A stretch of 62,988 bases of DNA, the filler included, from Rhabdomonas costata (lineage: Eukaryota): NCBI GenBank assembly GCA_019059605.1. It is 39 parts of 39 records of this genome, joined end to end, with 100 filler letters (N's around TTAATTAATTAA, not from the genome) between each part and the next. Parts side by side here need not be neighbours in the genome. Positions count along the whole stretch, not along the records: positions 48,530 to 50,051 come from JAHMHO010014009.1; positions 50,152 to 51,668 come from JAHMHO010014010.1; positions 51,769 to 53,286 come from JAHMHO010014011.1; positions 53,387 to 54,904 come from JAHMHO010014012.1; positions 55,005 to 56,521 come from JAHMHO010014013.1; positions 56,622 to 58,138 come from JAHMHO010014014.1; positions 58,239 to 59,755 come from JAHMHO010014015.1; positions 59,856 to 61,372 come from JAHMHO010014016.1; 31 more parts are not named here. One strand, 5' to 3'. The notes beneath the pieces are model-generated. The model saw only the letters and a list, made by a program, of their open reading frames with translations, had not been told where the DNA came from and did no database searches. Shown here one piece after another: positions 49,354 through 60,600 of this stretch (its first letter is position 1; every line of letters starts with the position of its first letter). The translations under genes and the position numbers were made by a program.

Positions 49354-51781
49354 GTGTGTGTGTGTGTGTGTGTGTGTGTGGATGGGCACGGCACACACCG
49401 TCACCCCAATGCCCGTCGTGTCGTCCAGTGCGAACAGCAGCACCGTGAACGCGCCAAAAGACCAGGTCTGCAGAACAAGCAGTACAAGGACACGCCACAG
49501 CACAATGCGCCAAGGCGCCATGTGTTTTTTGTGTTTAGCCTTACAAGGTGCGGGAAAGAATCCAACAAGACCCCAAGGTGTGGTGCGCCCGAGGAAAGCG
49601 TGGGGAGCAGGCCACAGGCCACCGTGCCACTTCCGGGGTCATCAGAAGACAGGCGACGCCGTCTAGCTAAAAGAATGAAGAGCGTACAAGCAGAAGATGG
49701 GAATAAGGGAAGTGCGGGAAGCCAGCTGACAAGGAGAGCAGAGGCCAGCCTCGAGGAACAGCTCAAGCCCAAGAAACAGCGAAGCCTGATGAGAACTTCA
49801 AAAACCGAAAAGAGTAGCCGACAAGGACCCGAAAGGTCCCGAAGTCCCTGGCGAAGAGCGCCAGGGACGGCGTCGCCACGATTGGGGCTCTCGTGGTATG
49901 AAGAAGATGACCTGAGGATCCCAGGCAGAAGAAGAGTTGAAGAAAACCATGGCTTGTGCACGAAGTCAGTGGGCGTGTGTGTATGTTACTGCTGGGCTGT
50001 TTCCCCTCACCTTTCTCGAGCATTTCGAACGCATCTTACCACACAACACACNNNNNNNNNNNNNNNNNNNNNNNNNNNNNNNNNNNNNNNNNNNNTTAAT
50101 TAATTAANNNNNNNNNNNNNNNNNNNNNNNNNNNNNNNNNNNNNNNNNNNNCCGACATCAATGTGGCTAAGGGGTTCTGAAGCTGCTTGGAACTCATGGA
50201 CTACAATGGGGTTGCTGTCGAATTTCCACTCATGCTTATGTGCGAGCAAGAAAGCAAGGGAGACCTCGACGGCGAATTAAGAATCTGGCGTGATTTTGTG
50301 TTGCAAGGGCTGGTCTTGAGAGTTGAGGGTCCTTCTGGGGTACCTTCATCCCAGCGACCAGTCAACAGATCGTCGCTTTTTCAGCGTTTCTTGAGCCATG
50401 TTTGTTCTGTTCTCGAGGCTTTCCTTTGTTTTTAGGAAAAAGCGTCAACACGCAGAGGAGTCCTGGCGCAAGGAGGTGGAGACCCAGGCGCAGAGTCGGC
50501 GAGGAGCCCAACTCGCATCTCCGTAGTTGCTTTGCTGCACTGTCAACTGCATCATACCGCGGTTGCGGAGCTTCCGATTGCGTTCCTTTGTGCACGTGTG
50601 GTTGTGAAGAGGGTGTCTTGCATCTTTCTTGATCCTGTGAGAGTTTCGAGCTGTGCGAGCGCGCGCGTGCTGTATTTTTGTGGACAGAACGGTACGGATT
50701 TTTTTAAGCTCGGCCTTCTGAGCTCGGCATCGTGTGCGCGTTCTCAATCCCCATGTTCTTTTTCTGGTGACGTTTGGTGGTCATCTCTTTCTTCTCCTCT
50801 TTCATTCCTGTGCCTCCCTCGGCCGTCTGCCTGCTGCATTGCAAAAGGACGAGGCGCTACTGGTGGTTTTCATGACCTCTTGCACGTCGACTGTGTTTGA
50901 GTTGCTTCCTTTGCTTCACATTTTTCCCTCCATACGAACGAATGGAGGCCTGATCACAGGATCCAGCACGGTCTACTCCAGCCTATTGTGTAAAATGTTG
51001 TTGCACGCCAAGTAATGGTTTGCTAACGTTTTAGGTTGTTGGATGAGTAGCTTTACTCGACCTTACTCGACGTTTGTTGGGGAGGAGGCCGCTGGTGCTT
51101 TTCGCCCAACCCCCCTCCCTCACTCTCAAACAATGGCATAAAGTACCCATCTAGACCCATCTGAATGGTTGACCCCGACGGTTTTGTGGTATTTTCAGAG
51201 CTTTGGCTGATCCACGAAGGGTTGCGGAGGGATCAAGCACACTCGCTGAACACTGGTTTAATCGCTGGGCTGCAACGCCTGTTGTCCCGTGTCAATACGG
51301 TTTTTTCTCGCAGCCTTTTGGAATCCCCCTTTCCTTCACTTTCAAACACCCACAAGAATGAAAAAGGAAGATCAGCAACTGGTGTGTGCTTTTTTCTAAT
51401 AAGTCGTCACCCTTTTCTCATTGACCACTTGTGCTTACGACTGCCAAGAATTCACAGACCGAACCGGTTGTGTTTCGGCGGTGAACTGCTGTCGCATCAG
51501 CACAAGCGTAGAAGGTTATAGGGATTCACCCTTCATTGATTTGCGCAAGCTCAGGAGTCTTGGTGATACTTCTCTCCTGTGTGTGGGCCAGAGCGGGTTT
51601 CTTGCCGAGATTCAGCACAAGAAGCAGGAGATGGAATACCAGGTGCAGCAGTACCAGTTCCAACCACANNNNNNNNNNNNNNNNNNNNNNNNNNNNNNNN
51701 NNNNNNNNNNNNTTAATTAATTAANNNNNNNNNNNNNNNNNNNNNNNNNNNNNNNNNNNNNNNNNNNNGGGGGGGGTTGCG

Positions 51782-52338
51782 TGTAACGGTCCATGTCACC
51801 AATGTATTCCTCATTCCATAGGAAGATAGCCAGGACATCAAGGTTTTTCCATAGACTAGTTTCCAGAGGTTTTAAATAGATTTTGGGAGTTTTTCTTAGG
51901 AAAATAATGATGCATCCACAGCGTTTTTCAGAGTTTTCACATGTGAAAGAGACGAGGAGGCCGAGATTTCAGAGTATTTTCACAGACAAGGCCTCAGGGG
52001 ATGCAGGCGGAGAAGACGGACAGTGTGGTGTGTTACACAGCGGAAGTCTGAAAGGTTATGGGTCCCCTCTTTTGTCTATGATTTCAAATTTTACGCTAGA
52101 TGTTGAAGAAATCCAAAAAATCGTCAGGTCGCTTTGTTTTCCAGAGTGTTTTTCTCGTTATTTTCGCCTATTTTTGTTACAGAGGTGCCCTAAAAAAAAC
52201 CACAGCAGAGCCGCAGGCCAGAGCCGATTGAGCAAGCAAGGTCGGGATACAGTCCAACACGAGCATGATCCAGAGGCATCACCACCTCCAGAAGTAGGAG
52301 CCACGTAAGTGTTCCCGCAATATCGTTGGAGTGTGACA
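51782..52338 (+). mobile_element. Apparently complete LTR of about 550 bp
   Basis: Starts TGTAAC (or TGTCAC at 51794), ends GTGACA, followed after 2 nt by a PBS. Confidence 0.65.
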
Positions 52339-52340
52339 CT

Positions 52341-52353
52341 TGGTAGCAGAGGA
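52341..52353 (+). promoter_or_regulatory. tRNA-iMet primer-binding site
   Basis: ACA-ct-TGGTAGCAGAGGA; same PBS as 13660-13671. Confidence 0.8.
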
Positions 52354-53386
52354 ATAAGTCGAGAAAGCCCTGTGCGGCACGAGTAGCGCAGCTCAGTGAT
52401 GGAGTACCACGTATCATTTTGTGGTACGTGGTAACAGAGGAAGTGTACGACCTATTTTGGGCGCAGAGGGCAGTGAAAGAATCAAGTGGCACGTGGTGCA
52501 CATTGAGTTCATGGTGCACCAGGGAAAGATCCGACTTCGAATTTTCAGATTAGGCCAGAATGGCTTGTGTGGAATAACAGGGTGCGGGTAAGTTTCAGAG
52601 AGAGTTTAGGGGACGGTTGCTTTCAGAGGTTCAGCTGAGGTGTTCCTTCGCCGCCGCACCCGCGCACCAAAGTGCCGCTGACGCCGCGGCCCGTTAGCAC
52701 AAGCCAGCCTCCTGGAACTACCTCCTGCTGTCGTGTTGTTGCGTTCGTGCGACTGCGCAGCTCCCGCTAAACGCTTCGGCAACTCCGCTTTCATCGCTCG
52801 AATCTGGCAGCGTTCTTCTCCCTTACAATGTTTTTGGTTGCAAAAATGAAAACAGTTGTGTTCCTTTCCTCCCGTTGCCTTCTTCTGGGCCCCGATGTCA
52901 CTTCCTTCTCAGCACGTTCCTAGACATTCTCTTTCCTGGCCCCCTCTTTCTTTCTTCGCTCTCCCTTTCTGACGGTTTTGACGGTTTTGCAGTCTATGAA
53001 CTGCCACGGCCCCAACGCTGTACACAACCCACCTTGGTTGTGAAAATGAAAACTGTTGTGTACCTTTCCTCCCGTTGCCCTGGGCCCCGGGAAACGAAAG
53101 TTTCCGAACGAAACTAAATTTTATCAAGATGCATAAACCAATGTGGCCGAGTTTCCTTCAACCTTTCATTACTAAACGAAACTAGGGTTACGGGTCGAGT
53201 AAACGGATGATGGATTCTACCTGGGGCTCGTAGATTGCAACCTGTTGAGGTCCTTAAGGTGGAATGAATCAATTGCCCCACAAACCNNNNNNNNNNNNNN
53301 NNNNNNNNNNNNNNNNNNNNNNNNNNNNNNTTAATTAATTAANNNNNNNNNNNNNNNNNNNNNNNNNNNNNNNNNNNNNNNNNNNN

Positions 53387-53621
53387 CCCCGGTGGGTGAC
53401 AATGCGTCGACCAGGGAGACCTGTCTGCCCGTAATTTGCATATCCTGGGCTTGGTTCAGGCCCAGCTGAATACCCAAGCGGTAATTCTCATTGAATTGAG
53501 CGTAGGGGGTGCCAGAAGTGCAGTTGGGCCCGGGGTTGAACACAAAGTACACCGCAGATCCATCACACACGCTGAAGATTCCCAAGGCAAGTGTTAAAGC
53601 TACGTATGCTTCCATTCTCAT
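53387..53621 (-). CDS. Signal peptide plus start of a type-1 periplasmic-binding-like ectodomain (receptor-type protein)
   Basis: MEAYVALTLALGIFSVCDG signal-like segment; YRLGIQLGLNQAQDMQITGRQVSLV resembles the PBP1 G-x-x-A...I-x-GR-x-V-x-L motif. Confidence 0.55.
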
Positions 53622-55872
53622 GGAAGCGATGCAACAGAACCAGAAAAGAAGAAAAGGCACGGAAGGTCGAAAAGACTGACTGAAGAGAGAAATCACAGGT
53701 GGAGTCGGGGGAGTGTGGAGCATAACAGTCCCCCCCCCCCAGAACAACAAGTTATCGTCCGACTTGTTGTTATGTTAGATAGATTTCCTCATAAGAGTCG
53801 GAGAAGCGCACGCTGAACATTCGCCACGAGATGGATGTCTTCGCGTTGGCTCAACCGATTCAGTGAGATGCCGATGCAGATGCAGATACAGGCTTCACTC
53901 CATCCCGACAAAACAACAAAACCACACGGGAAGCACAGTAAAACAAGGGCACATCCCCTTCTAAAGCCACCTCACGACGGAGGGATCCAAAGGGTAGAGG
54001 CATCCGAGATGAGGCGGAACAATTTACAGGTAAACATGAAGACCTTTGCGCAACACTCTGCGCACCGCACCGCGCCCGCAGGCGAATACAGAGAAACACT
54101 GAAAAAATGAGGTGGGGGGAGGCACAAGGCATCATGGGTGAAAGAAGTGGAGGGAAAAAAGAAAAATCTGCGCCCAACAAAACAGTTGTGCAAAAAAAAA
54201 CACCTGAGGATGCATTCATTCAGATGGCTTGGAGATAACGGAACGAAGAAGATGAAAGGTAAGTTGGGGTAAGACTGAGGGCTAGGATCGTGAGGATGCC
54301 GTAATGCCTGAGTGCGGTTAGGGTGCAACAGCACGAGACCCGATGGGTTCCCTCAGGCATCGACAACGTCGTCAGAGCCACAGTCAGAAAGAACCCGTGC
54401 AGAAAAGTGGTCGAAAGCCGTTGTGCCGTTGGCCTGTGCCCAGGGCACAGGCGAAGATAAGATGTACGAGGTCCACCGAAGGAGAACAGAAAAGCAGTGC
54501 CAGCAAGAAAAGGAAAGAGGGCTCACATCCAAAATGAGGAGCCAGATTCGAGCCGTGCGCCGGGAAGGCAGGAGTAGGGAATGGGTGGGGATGCATGAAC
54601 GAGATGCACGAAAAGGTTAAGCGCAGATCCAATCTGAAAAACAGGAAATCACACACAGGAAATCACTGCTGACGATTGAGCATTGGATCCAGGAAAGAAA
54701 CGACACCTCAGCAAAGGGAAAGGGTGGCTTGTGTTGTTTTGACAGGACGCACTCAGGGAAGGGGAAGGGAACCTTCGTTCAACGACTGCTCCCATTCTAA
54801 AAAACGATGAGACGAAACTTGACAAGAAGGGCCACTGTGCACACAGCAAAGGCGAATTCTAGAAATGGGGTTTCTTTTAAAACACCGAAAACACAAAAAC
54901 AACANNNNNNNNNNNNNNNNNNNNNNNNNNNNNNNNNNNNNNNNNNNNTTAATTAATTAANNNNNNNNNNNNNNNNNNNNNNNNNNNNNNNNNNNNNNNN
55001 NNNNGGTTTTTCTTTTTTTCTTTTCTCGGGGCGATGTTGGAAGGGGAACTGAAACCGCAAGCACAGCAAACGTGATGCAATTGCCAAATGGCGTGATGCG
55101 CAGGAGACGCCTTGTCGATGTTTGCTGGTTTGCAAAAAGCTCTGATTGGGTCGAATGTTTCCACCACTTTCTTAAGTGGGCCATATTTCGGATCGTTTTA
55201 TGACAGCGACAAGCGGAAATGGAAATGTCAATATGGTAACTGAAAGGTTTGTGTTGGAGCAGTGCAACCGACGCCGCAACCGACTCAGTGTCATAGCGTA
55301 TAGCTCGGCGCTCGACCTGTGTGTGTCGGGGCGTACGGCTTCCCCTCTTCCCCTCGGACCTTCGCTCAGAATAGCGGTGACAATCTTCGAGTTGTCGTTC
55401 CGACAAGTAAAAGTTAAAGGTGGGGAGATGGGTTAAGCCAACCTTCGCCTGAAATGTGTTCTTGGTGTTCTGTGAAGGCAATTATTGGAACTGTTTCAAG
55501 ATGTTTGCTTGCTAAACAATGGATTGTAAGTTCAGTTGGAATATCGGTTCTTTCCATGTGTGCGGGTGACGAAGTTGTTGCCTTTCGCGTCTCACTTTTC
55601 ACATTACATGGGCCATTGAATCGTTCTCCTGCTCCTCCTTTGATGTTGTTTATATAATTAACCACATCAGATCAGAAAAGTGAAAAAGTCGTTTCGTTCA
55701 CAGAAGCACCAGAAGACCTCTTGCACCCGGGATGGTTTTTAAAACATGACACAAAACATGACACACGACACGCCAGCTCATCGTTCAAGGTTGTTCAGTG
55801 AAGATTGAGTCCAAAAGGTTTAAAGCGAATTTCAGGGCCAGGTGCTTTTTCTTCCCATTGTTTGTGTGTGAG

Positions 55873-56406
55873 ATGTCTCTTGCTGATATCGTTTCCGAGG
55901 GGTTGGGTCGATCACTGGGTCCTGAGGAGGAAGAGCTTCTTGAATGTCTGTCAGCCCAGGGCATGGCCAAGGTCAACGCTGACCTTGCCAAAGGTTTGGG
56001 CGGGTGTGGGACGGCTGAAAGGTGTCATTGGTTGCTGTATCTTTATAGCGGGATTGTGGAGTTGCGAATACACTGGGGAATGTCAACGGCGTTGCTGACT
56101 ACCCCTGCGAATATCTCTGCCAATGTTTTTGTGTACTTTTTCTAAGCGCGGGACACTCTTGCAGAATCTAGAACAGCTACCTTGCATCCCCTGTTTTAGG
56201 CACTAATTTGGAGTGCACGATGGGAGCTGAGAGCGGTCTTTCAGGATGTGAAGGTCTGCCAGGCCCAGCTGAAGAGCTCCCTGCCGCCGGTGATGCATTC
56301 GTTGGTGGACTTGATGAAGCGCCCGCTGACTATGGTAGAAATGATGATGCTCATGGACTTGTCATATGAAGTGATTCTCGAGCACATCGGCCAGCGCCTG
56401 GCGACG
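55873..56406 (+). CDS. Unknown protein, exons 55873-55971 and 56200-56406
   Basis: MSLADIVSEGLGRSLGPEEEELLECLSAQGMAK|ALIWSARWELRAVFQDVKVCQAQLKSSLPPVMHSLVDLMKRP...; phase-0 GT-AG join, GTATGC donor. Confidence 0.55.
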
Positions 56407-56516
56407 GTATGCGCTACCGCTCTGTTTCTGATTTGAAATCTGGAGTGCGCTTGCCCTCACTTCATATGACAAGTCCATGAGCATCATCATTTCTACCATA
56501 GTCAGCGGGCGCTTCA
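56315..56516. repeat. 60-bp perfect inverted repeat at contig end (56315-56374 / 56457-56516)
   Basis: The right arm is an inverted copy of exon sequence. Confidence 0.9.
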
Positions 56517-56679
56517 CCAACNNNNNNNNNNNNNNNNNNNNNNNNNNNNNNNNNNNNNNNNNNNNTTAATTAATTAANNNNNNNNNNNNNNNNNNNNNNN
56601 NNNNNNNNNNNNNNNNNNNNNGGGGTTGGTTGGGAGGGATCGTGCGCTCACTCTCCCGCGGTTTGCTTTCTTCATTCAG

Positions 56680-57674
56680 GAGCGGTTTGGGAAGAATGAG
56701 CTGTGCTGGGGTGCAGAGCACACGCGAAGGCTTGCCCAGGCCCACATGATGGTCATAGGATGCGGAGGTGTATTGGGCTGGTCGCGTCCTTTCTTTCACT
56801 TTCGTATTTTGAAACAATCCGTTTCATTTGGGAAAATAGTGCTTTTGGTTGTTTGGTTTTTATTTGTATTTGTATTTGTATTTGTATTTGTATTTGTATT
56901 TGTATTTGTATTTGTCTGGTTCGGGAGTGCGACTAAGTCGAACTCACTTCCACAAGTGAAACCCTCCCCGGTGGTGTTTTTCGGTTCGACGAATTGTCCT
57001 TCTGCAGTACCGTTGCAGTATTGTGATGTCCTTTTCCTTTTCACTGGCTCAGGGGTAGGCTCGTGGACTGTGGAATGCCTTGCACGCGCCGGCGTGGGCT
57101 CGCTCGTGCTGGTATGCTTGCTCGTCCTCCCCTCCATACACCACATGACCCTTATACAAGTACATAGTCAAGATGCTCTCGTTCCCCTTTATATATTTCG
57201 GATGACTTCACGTCCTTCGGCTGTAAAGAGCAGAAAACCAAGGGACGAATGTAAACTTCTGTTCATGTTGCAAACTCCCTCTCCCTTCCCCGCAGCGCTT
57301 CTTCGAAGTTTATGTTGCAGGAATGGGCGTTTGACAGTTGAACGGTCAAAAACTGCCACACGTGGTCGGACTCCCAATTAACATTTATCGCTGCATCGGT
57401 GCTAAACAGTTCGTACTTGCCCCTCCCCCCACCCCAAAAAACGATTCACCAATGCTCTTACGAAAGAGAGCTGAGCATGCTTCTATGCTTCTCTTGTTCT
57501 TTGCCGCGAGGTAATGTGGTCAACGTTCTTGTCCGTTGTCAGGTGGACTGTGGCGCGGTGAAGCTTTCGAACTGCAGCCAGCAGGCCTGCGCAACCTCCG
57601 CCACGGTGGGTCTGCCAAAGGTGGAGGTTCTGGCGAAGCACATCCGGCAGATCAACCCAGACTGCCGAGTCATG
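56680..57674 (+). CDS. tcdA: ThiF/E1-family protein, TcdA (tRNA t6A dehydratase)-like; exons 56680-56767, 57053-57111, 57543-57674
   Basis: Spliced RF...G...RLAQAHMMVIGCGGVGSWTVECLARAGVGSLVLVD...TVGLPKVEVLAKHIRQINPDCRV; phases 1 and 0 are consistent. Confidence 0.85.
56862..56915 (+). repeat. (ATTTGT)9 intronic tandem repeat
   Basis: Nine perfect hexamer units inside intron 56768-57052. Confidence 0.95.
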
Positions 57675-60600
57675 GTACGCTGTGTGTGTATGTCCGTGCA
57701 GAGCTGGGGGCTTGTTTTGCTCCTTTCCCTGAGGGTCGAGTGCCGAAGGGTTCCAACCTGCAACCTGGAATCTTCAGGAGGAAATGTTATAAACAACCCC
57801 GACAAAATACTGTGCAGGAAATCAAGGAAGGTATCCCCGTGCAAGTGAAATCCAGATGAGAGGACCTGAGACGAGTGAAGCACTCAAAAGTTGTTCAATG
57901 GATGACACTCGGTGGAACCCCTTCCAGTGGCAAACGGCGGGCTGTGAGCCTCATTTTTCATGTACCAGACACACCTGACACAAGGACTGCCTTATTAGAT
58001 GCATTGGTATCAGTTTTGAAGGGCTCCTTCCGTGCAAGCGTCGTGCTGATGTTGCAGCACCTGGCACTTGCTCAAAATGCAGGGGAGGGGGGAACCTTTT
58101 GTTGCGCTGTCAGCCGCACCTTCTGAACAACCAAACCCNNNNNNNNNNNNNNNNNNNNNNNNNNNNNNNNNNNNNNNNNNNNTTAATTAATTAANNNNNN
58201 NNNNNNNNNNNNNNNNNNNNNNNNNNNNNNNNNNNNNNTGTAGTGGTCTTTTCTGGTTTTGCTGCCTGATGCTGGGCATCGGTGTGGAATAGCCTGCTCT
58301 TCCATTTTTCTACTACCCAAAAGTAAGTACACAAGACAAAAGCACAGCACCGTTGCACCGACGACAAGCATCAGAGCAAATCGTGCACACAGAATCTTTG
58401 ACAACACAAATCGCACCTGCGTTCTTGGGAGAAACTTTCAAAAACAACACACCACAAAGGAAAAATGTTTAATTTTGAATAACATCTTTCCTGCGCTCCT
58501 AGGGAACAAATTCAAAAAAAAACGGCGGATAGTAAATCTTAACAAAAACCACCGTGGTTATCAAAGACACACTTTGTGAAACCTTCCCCGCATCCTGCGT
58601 CATTTCTCGGTTTTTTTGCGTCAGTTTGATGCTGTTGTGAGGTCGGCGCTGCCTTGAGGACTCCGCTCACTGCCTGTGAAATCACTCCCCTATCTCCATA
58701 TCTCCGTGTCGGGGTAGTAATTCTCCGCCCCCCATCGCTCTCCGCCTGAGGTGGGCTCAACCCTGAGGCAAAGGGCCTCTAGCCTTTCCTTCTCGCTGGT
58801 CTGTCGCTGCGCTTTCCAAACTCCACGTATTTCCTCCAATGGCTTCACCAGGCCCCACCACTTGAGACCGCCTTAAATCGGACGCACTTAAACGGGGACC
58901 GCCTGGCGAGGCCAAGCGCCGTCTAGCGGACCATTCTTTTGTATAAAACGAGTGGACCATAGACGCACACCGGACCTGAACAAACGGAAGCGGAGGGAAA
59001 TTTTTGTAGGGCAATTAGCATAAATTTTGTGCTGGATTAGGACCTCGGCCTGTGAACGGCTCACCTCCTTTGAGGATTTGGGGATGGGTCAGACATGTCC
59101 TTTCCGGTGTTGATGTAAAAGACTTTCCCGCTGGAATAAAAGAAGTCTGTGGAGGGTTTTTGACGGTCTCGGCTCGAATTGCCCGCTTTTGTACATTCTC
59201 TCCACCTCCTTGTGCTTGTTGAAGCTCGCGTGCCATTGGCTGCGTTTCCGACCTGATAAAAGCGTTTGCCTTGCTGAACTTGTTATGTGATTATCTCCGC
59301 CATTTTAGCCGAAATCATCACAGAGCATGGGTCTGCAAAACATTATATTTAGGTCATTCAGTTCGTCCAAGTCTCTTCGCCGTTTTGAAAACCGGCGCGT
59401 TAAATTTAAACCCGGGGAACCAGTTATTCAGCACGTACCTGGTCAACGCGGTAGTGTTCCTGCTGCCCCTATTTTGTTTCGAGTAGTCTGGGTATTGAAT
59501 CCTTGAACTCTTCGTTGGCCTGAATAAATTGTTCGCCGGAGATAATGGGCATTAGCCGTGTCTGGCTGTGACCCAGTTGACCGGTTCACGCGGTTTCCTC
59601 TTCTACCTTCCTTACCGGTATTTTTCAATACAATTTGAAGCAGGCTTTTTCCTCTGGATCAAAGATGTGCCATGAAATTATGTTTGCGATCGCCGCCGTA
59701 CGTAAAGTCACTAAACCGCACGGTTTAGTTTGCTTACCGGCAAGCGGGAACACAANNNNNNNNNNNNNNNNNNNNNNNNNNNNNNNNNNNNNNNNNNNNT
59801 TAATTAATTAANNNNNNNNNNNNNNNNNNNNNNNNNNNNNNNNNNNNNNNNNNNNGTTGGTTTTGTCTGTTAATCTTTCGAATCTCTGGCTGCGGTCGAG
59901 GGGTGTCCCTCGTCAAGGGCTCAATTTTATGAATTTTGAGGAGTGCGCTTGTTCAATGAGCCGATTGCAAAGTGGGCTGACTGAAGGGTGCCCCCTCCCC
60001 CCTTGCCGAGCAGCTTTTTCTCAAACTAAAACCACGGCACGCAACCACACAAGGCAGTCGGTTGTATGCATGTGGGCAGTGGCAACAATCATGAAAGTCT
60101 GGACTGCGGATGGTGTTGTGGGTGGGCGTTCAGTCAAGATACCACGACACCAAGCCCGGACGCCTCGTTCTCCTACGACGCCTCTGCACCTCCGGTGGTC
60201 GCCGGCCCTCTGCTGAACCCTCTCTTGCGCCCCTCCTCGGCCACTATGGCCGCCACCGCGGCGGTGCACCCCCATCCAACTCTCACGCACACCTATGCGG
60301 CCTCCGAGACCCTTCTGCTGCCGGACGCTATCACGGGTGATCTTTTGTGTATTTGTGTACGCGACCATACGATTGGGAGGGATTTACAAGATGACAGCAC
60401 GCTGGGGGTGACTCCAAGCTGGATGCAGTAACATCCCAAAGCATCACGATAGCACACAGGCCAGCACAGCGGTCGGGTGGACGAGTGGTTGGTGATTGAT
60501 GCCGCTTGGGATTCTTGGAGAGACAGATCACACATGGACGCGGTCAATGTCAGTCAATTCTGGGGTGGGATGGGGGAATGAAGACTCAGTCTAACATCAC

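Noticed and set aside
49030-50103. 357-aa ORF as a full kinase
   Set aside because: Kinase similarity stops at HHNV, where a donor and (GT)n tract begin; there are no HRD or DFG motifs afterwards.
56626-57381. 251-aa ORF with an FVFVFV hydrophobic run suggesting a membrane-anchored ThiF protein
   Set aside because: The run is an (ATTTGT)9 repeat inside a GT-AG intron that splits the GxGGVG motif.
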